Of a stretch of DNA of 64,000 nt, positions 10,566 through 21,340 are shown one piece after another; position 1 is the first letter of the stretch, and each line of letters starts with the position of its first letter. A program made the position numbers and the translations under genes. A model generated the notes under the pieces. The model searched no databases. It saw only the letters and a program-made list of their open reading frames with translations, and had not been told where the DNA came from. Origin of the DNA: Cenococcum geophilum. Its lineage: Eukaryota. The stretch lies in contig CP158636.1 of the NCBI GenBank assembly GCA_050273025.1, positions 11,470,001 to 11,534,000 of the forward strand. The letters are read 5' to 3'.

Positions 10566-13022
10566 ATGTTCATATCCGATCTCAGCAAGTGGACGAAACC
10601 CAAGGCATTTACCGACAAAGGCTCTAAGTATATTGCCGATGTACTCTTCTCGGTCTTTATCGGCATTTCTTGGGGACTCCTGGATTGTTTCTTCAGGTTA
10701 TCAGTTCGTGGTCCAGTGCCCATACGTTTCATATTTCAGGTCACTGCAGCCCTTAAGTACCTTTATTCCCATACCACTGACAGACCAAATTATCTAGATC
10801 CTCTCCAATTCGCAGAAAAAGGAGTAACGGCATACTCCTATCTCGCATCGATCACGGTCCTCAACGATACTAAAATGATATTTTCGTATGCCCTAGTACT
10901 CACGAAGACAATAATTCCTCTCATTTTCGTTGTGTGTTTTACTATGTTTATGGCGGTCGTGATGAATTCCGTATGGCAAGTTTTTTGGGCCTGCATTCCA
11001 GAAAGCTCTTTAAAAGCAAGACTCGGGCGTTTGATCTTTCACTGGAGAAGGTTGGACACACTGGTTGTGGAGTACAAGAAAAGTCTGCTTCACAACTCCT
11101 ACATGATGTTGCGGCAACTGCTAAAGTCGGCAGCTGAATGGATACTTGCAGAAAAGCGTCTAAGCAATATAAATGCTGGTCTAGAGAGCAGCATAGGAAG
11201 TCAGGAATTCAAATACGAGAAAATCACCAAATCTCGGCAAATAAGGCTCTTGAAGCTACCACGACAAAAATCTCTAGATGAGGTCTGGTGCGAAATAATT
11301 GTCGTATCGCTTGATCATCCCCCTGCTTGCGGTGCGATCTCATATACCTGGGGTTCTAGCGAGAAAACGCACGAAATACTCCTTTCGGGAGCTCGATGCG
11401 CCGTCTCTTCGGTTGTTCATGAAATATTGCAAGGACGGAGGTCCGTTTGGACAACAAAGTGGCTTTGGATTGATTCTCTTTGCACAAATCAGCAGGATGA
11501 CGAAGAGAAGAGCGAACAAATACAGCTTATGCGAGATATATACCATAATGCAGTGCGAGTTCTGGTATGGCTAGGGCCCTTGGATGATGCTCATTTAGGG
11601 ATCAAATTCTTGAGGGATCTCCGATGGATGATTAACATGCACAATATCTCTGTCGAAGAGCTACATGAAAAATTCAAGGCTGAGAACCGTAATCAGCAAC
11701 GACTAGCTGTAATCAAGTTACTGGATCACCCTTGGTTCAATAGGGTTTGGATAATTCAAGAGGCCGCCGTTGCTAACGACGTTCACATCCTCGTTGGTGG
11801 ACATTATCTCGACTGGAGTGAGCTTAAAGCATGTATGCGCGCCTTCGGACTCCCCGGCATGGACCCACTCCTAACCATCGTTTGGAAAAATTGTGTTGAT
11901 CAAGCGGACTGGACAAAAGTTGGCAACGCGATAGTTTTATCAGAGGCAAAGGAATTTATTCAAAAGGGCGGGCGGCTTCGTCTCCGCGACATCCTCTTTG
12001 CGACCATGATGTGTGGGGCTACCAATCCGAGGGACAAAGTCTATGCGTTACGTGGAATTTGTAAAGATGCTGACAACGCCGCGCTGATTCCGGACTACTC
12101 CAAGACAGTTCAACAAGTATATAACGAAACCGCTCGATACCTTCTTTCTGAGTCCGATCCTTTGCGTATTTTAGGTGCTGCTGGAATCGGCAGCGCCAGA
12201 AGCGTAGAAGGACTACCGTCTTGGGTACCAGATTGGAGCCCCAGAGTACACGCACCTCTCAGCGCCGGATACAATGCTGCCGATAAGTCTGAGCAGAGTA
12301 TCAGCATCAGCGCCGTCCAGAATATCCTCACCGTGGCGGGCATGCATGCCGACGAACTTAAAGAAACTGGATCAGTGCTTGCAAATCCTGCATTGGTAAG
12401 ATCCACACACGCAGAAAGTGCGCGAAATTTTATCAGAGAGTATCTATGGTACGAAGAGGCTCGCATATTAGCCACCGAAAGCGCGAATAATCCTTATACA
12501 GATGGCAAACCGCTCTCCGAGGCGCTGTGGAGAACATTGGTAGGAGGTATTATAGATCATACAAGGCCTGCACCACCAGAGTATGGCAAATACTACCAAG
12601 AAAATATGACGCTACGCAAGGAAACTATGCATATTCTTGAGAGGGTCGCGGAATCAGAAAATGAAAGTCTAATACAGAACGATAACAGTCCAGTACCTCG
12701 GGAAGAATTAGCACAGCGGCGAAAAACAGATTGCGATGTCCGTTTGGCTTCGACATTCAGGCCGAGTAGCTTTGCACAAACGTTTTTGTGTAACTCGCCA
12801 GGGTTTTATTGGACTTGTTCCGGAGCATGCTATGCCAGGAGAATGATTTGCATTTTTAAAGGTGCCCGAGTGCCTTTCCTGCTTCGTCAGAACGCGGAAG
12901 TGGGAATCAGAGGTACTTCTACACAGACATACCTCCTTGTTGGAGAATGCTATATCCACGGCATGATGGATGGTGAGATGATGGAAGGGGTGGAGCATTT
13001 TCAAGAGTTTAATATACAGTAA
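10566..13022 (+). CDS. HET-domain (HET-6-like) protein, possibly decaying
   Basis: QIRLLKL, AISYTWG, WLWIDSLCTNQ..EKSEQIQLMRDIY..A.RVLVWLG, PWFNRVWIIQE, ATNPRDKVYAL, LPSWVPDWS, YLLVGECYIHGMMDGE. Hydrophobic N-terminus; internal compensated frameshift (see findings). Confidence 0.9.
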   Translation: MFISDLSKWTKPKAFTDKGSKYIADVLFSVFIGISWGLLDCFFRLSVRGPVPIRFIFQVTAALKYLYSHTTDRPNYLDPLQFAEKGVTAYSYLASITVLNDTKMIFSYALVLTKTIIPLIFVVCFTMFMAVVMNSVWQVFWACIPESSLKARLGRLIFHWRRLDTLVVEYKKSLLHNSYMMLRQLLKSAAEWILAEKRLSNINAGLESSIGSQEFKYEKITKSRQIRLLKLPRQKSLDEVWCEIIVVSLDHPPACGAISYTWGSSEKTHEILLSGARCAVSSVVHEILQGRRSVWTTKWLWIDSLCTNQQDDEEKSEQIQLMRDIYHNAVRVLVWLGPLDDAHLGIKFLRDLRWMINMHNISVEELHEKFKAENRNQQRLAVIKLLDHPWFNRVWIIQEAAVANDVHILVGGHYLDWSELKACMRAFGLPGMDPLLTIVWKNCVDQADWTKVGNAIVLSEAKEFIQKGGRLRLRDILFATMMCGATNPRDKVYALRGICKDADNAALIPDYSKTVQQVYNETARYLLSESDPLRILGAAGIGSARSVEGLPSWVPDWSPRVHAPLSAGYNAADKSEQSISISAVQNILTVAGMHADELKETGSVLANPALVRSTHAESARNFIREYLWYEEARILATESANNPYTDGKPLSEALWRTLVGGIIDHTRPAPPEYGKYYQENMTLRKETMHILERVAESENESLIQNDNSPVPREELAQRRKTDCDVRLASTFRPSSFAQTFLCNSPGFYWTCSGACYARRMICIFKGARVPFLLRQNAEVGIRGTSTQTYLLVGECYIHGMMDGEMMEGVEHFQEFNIQ

Positions 13023-15100
13023 GCTGGTTGCATGAGAGGATGTCCTGTTTTTACTATTTGTAAAATATTATACAAGAGTCTATACGTCTATCGTTATCTC
13101 CAAGGCCGTTTCAATGACGGATGCACCATGCGCAATCTTCCATATACTGTTTAGCGCGTTCCTCATCCAGCATTGCCCCTAGGTATCACACCCATCAACA
13201 TAGCCTCGATTCGAGGAGGGATCCAACAGTTCTAGTGGCTTATCTTTCTTCCAAATGCTTCTTAGTACTCCTTACTTCGGAGCAATCCTCTATCATCGCA
13301 CAGTATTTTTGCCGTTCATGCTCGATCCAATTAAAGTAAATAGTCTAAGCCACACCTCCAAACAACCATAGCACTACGGCTTCAGCTTTTGCTCAGATGG
13401 TGAGGTTTAATTATTTCACAACGACAAAGTAGTGTGCTTTTTATACGGTGCCTAATACTTCACAGGCGAGTTAAGCTATTACCTCCAATGAGCGGACGAT
13501 AACCTTGGTTTTTATCAGGACGCTCGCTATTCGACTTGCATTCTTGGCGCTAACAAATTTAGTCTTTCAAAGAAGGCCTACTCGCAGCCGGAGTTTCATG
13601 TATAGGCGTTTGCTATCTACACTAGAACCACATGCTCCAATCTTTGATCTTTTGGCAAGCCTTTTCAGGAATCGACATGAACCAAATACCTTTCGATTCT
13701 CGGTTCTACAGCTTACCGGCTGCCGTATCCCAGTTACTCCCGAGCCATCACTTACTCCTGAAGCTCCAGGAGATGCATTTGAGAGCTCCCTAGATATTCG
13801 CCCACTGAAAATGTGCCATGAGGATCTTGTTGTCAAATGTGGGACGTCTCCTGGAACGAAGGCCTGGATTATTTGGATATGGCATGTCGGTCGAGCGGTC
13901 TCTACCTTAGCTATGCTTGACCAATCAGTTGGAACGATTTATCTTGTAATTCGGCGGTTCACAGTCATCGAGGAAGCATGGTTATTATTAGACGTTTGGA
14001 ACTGTTATGTTGCCATTTCAGGGGCTATGGCAGCCACCATTTCCCTAATCATTATAATTTTCGAGAGCGAGGATCAATGGGCTTACCCTGGAGCCTGCGC
14101 TATTCACGATACAAAATTCGGAGTCTGCTCTCGCTTCGAAGACCTCGGTCCAGAAATGCAGATGCTCTGCTGTTACATCGTTGATTGCGCTTTCTATAAC
14201 CGGGCATTCCGTCCACCAGGTAGATTCTGGGCTTAGATGTGGTGAATGCTTGACCCCATCCCCACTTCCCCTAGTGGCTAAGGAAAAGAAATGGCATGGG
14301 CAGCAGCCAGTGGTTTTACTTATTATCTATTTACTCACAAACGAGATGAACAAGCCTTGGAGACTTTTCCCGGCAATCCTACTTCTGGTGGACATTGTGG
14401 CAATGTGGAACACCGATCGCTCAGATATTGGAGGATTTGGACCCTCCAAAACCAGAACTTGAAAACTGGATGTGGAATGATAAATTGTCGTACACGCTTT
14501 TTGTTTACTGAAATAAGCAGTATGAGGCTCTACTTCTTTTAGATGAAAAGGATCAAATAGATTCTGTAGGATCTTTCAAGTGGACGGCAGTCCACCCAAG
14601 TTCCAAGAGTAGGGCAAGCTAAAGAACAGACACTCTAAGTGGAACGGGGTACGCGTATGCAAATTAAAGGGATGTGGTATAATTATTCCGAGCTTATGTA
14701 TGAAAATGGATGCCGGATGTGAATAGGTGAAGGGTTCCGACATGCACCGCACATACAAAACGGGAAATCAGTGTTGCAAGTGACATGTACTCCTGACTTT
14801 GACAAGTGACGGGCGAGTTTTGATATATAAATTACCTCCCTACAGGTTTATATCTTGTGACGAGCGAGTCTTGGCGTCCCAACAATCAGATTTGTTGACA
14901 GCCATAGAGAGGCGTGCATATGTGGCAGGCAACCTCTGGTTTCAAGTGCTGACTGATGGCGCCTGACGATGCTGCGTCGCACCTTTCCATTATTTAATAC
15001 CTGCCTGTACATACTCTGTCCCTTTAAACATGCCCTTCCCCACAGGATTCTCATAGGTACCGTTTCTTGACCTTCATTTGGACCCTGCAGATTCGCCAAC

Positions 15101-16290
15101 ATGCTGGATCCATTCCCTGTCGCTGCCCCACCGGCCCTTGCCAAGGTCACGCAACGCTTTGCGGATTATTTCTCCCTCCCGACACTCCCTCTACATGTCC
15201 ACGAGCTACTATTCGCCTTCGTTTTTTATACCGTCGTTCAAAAATACATTGCTCCGCCGATATCCATTCGCCTCTTCCCCACTATATATCCGAAATTTAA
15301 TGCCCGCGCAAAATTAAACTGGGACGTCCATATTGTGTCGTTTGTCCAGTCGACACTGATAAATACCCTAGCGCTATGGGTGATGTGGAAAGATGAGGAG
15401 CGAGGGGCTATGGACTGGGAGGAGAAGGTGTGGGGATACACAGGAGCTTTAGGGCTGGTCCAAGGATTCGCAGGAGGCTATTTCCTCTGGGATCTGTTTG
15501 TCACGCTCGCCAATGTAAACATCTTCGGCGTAGGGATGCTGGCCCATGCCGTCAGCGCTCTCTTTGTATTCTCTCTTGGGTTCGTACGTCTATCCCAAAG
15601 CCTCCTTTGACGAGACGTTCTCTGCTAATCCGAGTCCTTGATTCACAGCGACCCTTCCTGAATTTCTACGGCCCGACCTTCATCCTCTACGAGCTCTCCT
15701 CTCCCTTCCTCAATATTCATTGGTTTTGCGACAAGCTCAACCTTACTGGCTCCAAAATCCAGCTCTACAATGGCATCATGCTCCTCTTCACCTTCTTCTC
15801 CTGCCGCCTTGTTTGGGGCTCCTACCAATCCATACGAGTTTTCACAGACATCTTCCACGCTATGCAGCACGGCGCGAGCGTTACAAATAGCAGAGCTACT
15901 CCAAACACGGGAGAGGCTAAGAGCGAGGTCATGCGTTTTGCGGATAATAGGGTGGTGCCTGCGTGGCTGGGGTTCAGCTATTTAGGCGCGAATATTGTGC
16001 TGAATAGCTTGAACTGGTTCTGGTTTGCCAAGATGATCGAGACGGTGCGGAAGCGGTTTGATCCACCTCTAGGCACCAAGGGCACGGAGAAGACAAAGCA
16101 TAAGGAAAAGGTGCTGGTTGAGGGTATTGACGTCGATACGGATGTCGATGCGGATGTTGATGGAGTTACTGTCAAATCGACAGGCGTGGTGGGGTCCGAC
16201 GCGACCCAGATCGCCAGGGAAATATATGCGGATGGAAGGACAACGGTGGAGGTTGAGAAGAGAGAAGTGAGGAGTCGGAGGCGGGGTTGA
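15101..16290 (+). CDS. TLC (TRAM/LAG1/CLN8)-domain membrane protein, 2 exons
   Basis: NWDVHIVSFVQ, GYFLWDL, HAVSAL; intron ~15584..15648; then RPFLNFYGPTFILYELSSPFLNIHWF and LNSLNWFWF. Confidence 0.88.
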
Positions 16291-16789
16291 TGAAGGCGTT
16301 TTAGAAGGGTTCATGGGAGACACTAGATAGAAGAAGGCGCTCTTTATTCTTTACGAGCTGGGAACGTGCATTTAGGTTTCTTAGAGTATGGCATTACGAA
16401 GGTCTCTGCGGGTTTCTCTTGCATTTGGCTCTTCTTGTCTGGTCTTCACTTGCTCTGCATATTCGTAGGTTAGCCGGTTTGGTGAGAATTGTAAGATATT
16501 TCCAACGCGGGTCTAGAGCCATGAGGTTGCACAGCGTGGCGTAACCGATACAGTATCTTGGTAGGTTCCTTGTCATCTTTCTGTTGATTAGTTGATTCTC
16601 TCTTCGCCTTGCACTCCATCTCAGCCTACAAGTTGAGCTAGTTACTCGACATGAAGCGCTCAATATGTTTTGATTAATTAATTTACGTCAAAAGGCTACA
16701 TTTATCATTCAGCAGTGCAAAACGTTCTTACGACGAACTTCGTCGACCCATATCTCGAGGAATCGCCAAACATCGCACCGGTCTCTGAA

Positions 16790-17100
16790 ATAAACGGTGG
16801 CGTGGCGAAACTATGCCAACGTTGCCAAGTTATCGCGGCCGAACATCGTTTCCCGGCTAGCACAGAAATGCTCGAGAATGGCGAGATTACGTTAGATCTC
16901 AATTGCACAACAGAAGATGAGCCTGAAATTGTTAAAGGCTGGAGAGCCTTCCGGGGCATCAAAAGGCCTATTGCCAGAATCTCCCCCTCTACAGTACACA
17001 CTAGTTGATACCTTCCATACTTACCAGTCCTCAAAGCTTCAGCTACTTCCGGGTGCGATCTCTACAATCTCTTGAGAAATTGGCTATTGAAGTGAGTGGA
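16790..17100 (+). pseudogene. Probable relic of the N-terminal part of a HET-type gene
   Basis: LCQRC followed, after an in-frame stop, by LPYLPVLKASATSGCDLYNLLR, resembling the L..SA..GC.LC motif upstream of fungal HET domains. No HET core follows. Confidence 0.35.
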
Positions 17101-17349
17101 TGTGTGCCAAAACAATTCGTCCTACACCATACCGGGCCCCATCATCATTACATTGAGATATGTGTGCAAATTAGATGAAAATCACTGGGAAGGGAGCACT
17201 CTTATTCAAGTTCGATGTTCGAGCCCCTATGCTCTGCGAATGACATGTCAGTTTCCAGAGATACCCAGGACCAATTTCCCATTAAACTTTGATTTTGATC
17301 CTCGCCGATGCGGGTGCGTTACATAGCCTTACCATGACAGACCTGCAGA

Positions 17350-17658
17350 CCTCCATGCCTGCACGTCTATATGTCGGCATAAACGCTTCCATACCTCCAT
17401 AACCGCACGTCTACACGTTCACCTGATACCGCCGTGTCCCTCTCGCGCCTCGCCTTGCTCGCCTCCCTCCAGACCTTGCCACCGCCTCCTAACCTCTACT
17501 ACCACCACCTCTAGACTATGCCGAAATGTGAGCGTGAAGGCGTGGAGGTATGGAAGGCATGGAGGTGTGTAGGCGTGCATGCCCGCGTGTGAGCATGGAG
17601 GCGTAGAGGCATGAAGGCATAGAGACGTAGAGGTATAGATAGATGGAGGCGTGGAGGA
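17350..17658. repeat. Degenerate 8-nt tandem arrays in inverted orientation
   Basis: Left units CCTCCATG/CCTGCACG/TCTACACG (~17350-17417); right units CATGGAGG/CGTAGAGG/CATGAAGG/CGTGGAGG (~17533-17658). Confidence 0.65.
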
Positions 17659-17715
17659 TCTTAAAAGGTCATTCCCGTTGACATTTTCTACCAAATACCT
17701 ACAGCTCCTTTTATC

Positions 17716-18600
17716 CTACCTAACCGCAACTCCCTCTCCAATCCTAAACACACACCCATCAGCTTCCTTGGTTATTCCCTCAAAGAAAATCTTACACCTC
17801 ACAACGTCATACGCAGACGTCTCATACAGCATCAAGTCCTCCTCTTCCCACCTGGTCTTCACTAAATACGCTTTGCCCTTCACCACATCCATATTTCCAC
17901 TATCAACGAGCGCCTTATACTCTCCCCACCTCTTTACCTTCCCTCCCCGAATCCAAGCATCCCTTAATTCTATCTTGTCTTCGAGCGAGAGGCCCAGTAC
18001 CTGTCGGAGGATATAATAGTTGTCTTCCGGATCAGCAAGCACGCCATAGAAAAAATACCACACCGGATACTCATCCTGGCCCGGCCGAAACACCTCTTGA
18101 GAGTCTCTCAACGGTCGGTACTGTGGCAGCGTGGCACTGCTTATTCCGAGCCTAGGCCAAGGACCACAAGCATCAAACTCCTTAATGGCCCTATTCACAT
18201 TAATAAAAAAGAAGGATGCCGATAGCCTCTGCTGAGCAATCCAATCTTCAATAGCACATCTCCCCCTTAACCCAACACGGCACATCGGTACCCCTTTTCC
18301 CGTCTCCTCGGACTTGCCCTCCTTGATCTCTGGCACGTAGTCTAAGGCTGCGGCCTCTTGGACCTTTGCAGCGGTATCCAGAGGGTAGGCAAGGACCATG
18401 TAGACGGTCTGTCGGAGTTCGGATGGTGTGAATCTCTGGCTGAGTTTCTTCGTCCGGTTGATGTTGACGAGGGCAGCTTCTCCTTCAGCGCGTGTATAGC
18501 CCAATGCTGTCCATTTTTGAACGGCCTGCTCGCTTAAGTTGTCAGAGCTACAAACAGCAAGAGCCATATCCTCAAGTACGTCGAGAACGTTTGAGTCCAT
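17716..18600 (-). CDS. Gamma-glutamylcyclotransferase (AIG2-like) domain protein
   Basis: YPVWYFFYGVLAD, WGEYKALVD, VKGKAYLV, EEDLMLYETSAYDVVRC. Confidence 0.78.
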   Translation of the reverse strand: MDSNVLDVLEDMALAVCSSDNLSEQAVQKWTALGYTRAEGEAALVNINRTKKLSQRFTPSELRQTVYMVLAYPLDTAAKVQEAAALDYVPEIKEGKSEETGKGVPMCRVGLRGRCAIEDWIAQQRLSASFFFINVNRAIKEFDACGPWPRLGISSATLPQYRPLRDSQEVFRPGQDEYPVWYFFYGVLADPEDNYYILRQVLGLSLEDKIELRDAWIRGGKVKRWGEYKALVDSGNMDVVKGKAYLVKTRWEEEDLMLYETSAYDVVRCKIFFEGITKEADGCVFRIGEGVAVR

Positions 18601-20071
18601 TGTGAGATCTGAATAGAGTGTTGGTAAACTTCGGAAAAGAAGTGTATTTGCTTGAACAGAAAATATTGTAGGTGGGCGGTTTGTGTGAACAGGAACTGGC
18701 TAGCTTTACCATCGTTGAAGCCTCTGAGTCATTCCGAATCTAGTCGATTCTAGATTCTGTTAATTTTGTGGAGCTATCCACGGTTAGGAGAGAGTTTTAC
18801 GCAGATTTTTATTTAGATAAAGCTAAGTACAGCGGGATCTTAATTTATTTGTACGCAGAAATACGAAGCTAAGGCAAAGGCTCGGATAGCGACAATGGCA
18901 AGTTATTCCTTGACCCGTCAGGGCGAGCAGAGGGGAAGGCCTGTGCGCGAACACCAGAATCAGAACAACGCGTAGAATTCAACCATCAAATACACCACCA
19001 CCTTCTAATCACGCTAGAATCGATGCAGATCTTGTTCAGAAGACCCAATATAAGATTCCCCCAAATAAGACGGCGAAAAAACCACCCTCGAAGCCTTGGC
19101 CACTCCCCGAATTTTGTATTCCTGAGCACGGCTACCAAATCCTACTAATCTGATTGGTGGGCTCTTATCGATAACCTACGTGCCCAAGTTGACGGGTTAG
19201 GGGATACCACCAACCCGGCGCTGTTTGAAGTGGTTGGATAGGGTCCAGAAATAGCGGGTAACCTAAGCGGGTCACTCGCCCTCCCTACTAGCCTTGGCCA
19301 CATACAGTATAGCTCTTGGGTAATTTATCAGCAGAAGAAGCTGCTAGAGCACTACCTATAGGTAATATAAAGTAATTAATGCTACGATAAAGAGGTATAC
19401 ACCTCCTAAAAATGCCAAATCTTATACGCCAAAACCGTGGCCACCATCCACCCCCTATTCAGTACCCAACTCTCATACCGTGAGCATGATATTGCCTACT
19501 CCTTAAACCGCTACACTGGCTGGGCTCATAGGAGGATTAGCAGCTCTCTTGGTATATCAACGCAAGGGATACCTAGGTAGGCTGCTGACTACTACCAGTT
19601 GAATTCAGTTAAAATAGTTGCCAAGATCTTAATATTGAGTTAATTAATTTAATCAATTGAGCTTCCTGCTTACAAAGCTTTTAATTCAACCAACTCGAGG
19701 CCTCAGTTGAGTTGAGTTGATTGATTTGCAACCCTGTGGCGAAGAACCAATAAAATATTCTCATTCAATACTCTTACAAAGAGATGCCTTTACAATGCCT
19801 AGGTATGCTCTCAGAGTAGGAGGAACGGAGCAGTTTAGGGCGTACAGCAAAAAATCTAAAACGTACTCGTACAAACAAGTGACATCAGACTTAGATATCT
19901 TGGTAATGTCGGTGAGAGGAGATGCTAACCATCCTACCTTATTTTAATATCTTATGCTGTATTAGAACAAAGTCTTTTATGATCCAATCTTAAAATTTAG
20001 CTGCAAGAATTTTTGCGATGCATTGTATCGCAGTTCTTTGCAGCAGCGGAATGACCACTAGGAATAGTTTC

Positions 20072-21002
20072 TCAAGCTCTTTTCTGCGTAGGAGCAGGTG
20101 TCCATGATTCTGGCTGCCAGTCTTCGCTCGGTCCGCCTCTTGGAGTCTTCTTCCATGGTGATTCTTTGATGTCCTTTCCGGTCTGTTTGCCTTTAATTGT
20201 ATTATCAATATCTGCCTGGCCGCTCACGTTACTTGGCGCGCCCTTGCTAGATATCGGCGCCGTCTGTCCAACGCTCCCTGCCGGGTCTCGAGAGGTGAGC
20301 ATTTGTATAGGCTGTTGTTTTTCAGGAGGGTCGAGAACAGAAGGCTTGGATGCCCATCGCTCGTCTGCGACTGCAGCTAAGATCTTCATTCGCTCTTGTC
20401 TTATTTGATCAGCTTGTTGTTCGACAAGGGACGGAGGGTCGAATCGCGTATGACGGAGCCATTGCATCCACTGAGCTGTTAAAGCAGTATGTCAGCTCCT
20501 CCTCTTCTCGGTGTATAGTATATGCTTCTGGAGGTCGGCTCGCTAGGTGTTTAATCGAGGAGCGGTACGTACGGGAAACGTTTACATCTCCATAATGTGT
20601 TCGACGGCTATATTTTGCTATGCGGCGAAGACGATTGGAGTTCATAGCATCTTTGAACTCCCAAAATGTATTTCCCGATAGATCAAAGCCTGCTTTGGTA
20701 AGTTAGAGGTTGAGTACTGAAAGAATTGGCAAGAACAAGATTGTTCAGTTACAGCCTGACCCCAAAACAACGTATTGGAACAAGTATGCAGAATAGCATT
20801 GATGTATCCAGAATAGAGGAGCTCATGCACGGGCATAAAGAACTGTAAGGCGGTTATATTTATCCCGAAATGACATGCCGATTTCATGAGGATTGCCCTA
20901 CGAAAAGTCTCACTGACCTATTAACCACCTCTTCCTCCACGGGAGCCTTAGCATCTTCCATTTGTACCATACCCTTCGTATTGAACCTGGTGGCGAGGGC
21001 AT
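20072..21002 (-). CDS. NDUFA12/NDUFAF2-family complex I protein, 3 exons
   Basis: Exon 1 MPSPPGSIRRVWYKWKMLRLPWRKRWLI (donor GTCAGT); exon 2 GFDLSGNTFWEF...YGDVNVSP; exon 3 QWMQWLRHTRFDPPS. Confidence 0.85.
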
Positions 21003-21340
21003 TGTTGTATTGCTGCAATGTCGAGCATCAGTTTTCTCATTTCTCGCAATGGAACGCGACGAAGAAATGACGACGTTTGTGGCTAGGGATGGCGCACTGC
21101 ACCGCCATTCCTTACATTCCTCCGCCTCCCCGCCATAGCCCGCAGCTTGTTCCTGCAACGAGCCCAGCGTAAGACAATACGTACACCTATACCTAAGTTG
21201 CCACTATTTGGCACACACCTATGCACTCCATACTGCACTCTCTTCAAACTCCGCTGTCTGCCTGAGATTTTTCTCCCCCGTGCTCAAGCTCGACTCCCAG
21301 AAAGCCGCACTTCCGCATTCACAAAGAAGTGTCCACCACG

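Noticed and set aside
13505..14542. Overlapping ORFs, possible pseudogene
   Set aside because: Non-ATG starts, no family motif and no consistent splice model.
19200..19720. Possible solo LTR or TE fragment
   Set aside because: TA-rich, but no definable termini or TSD.
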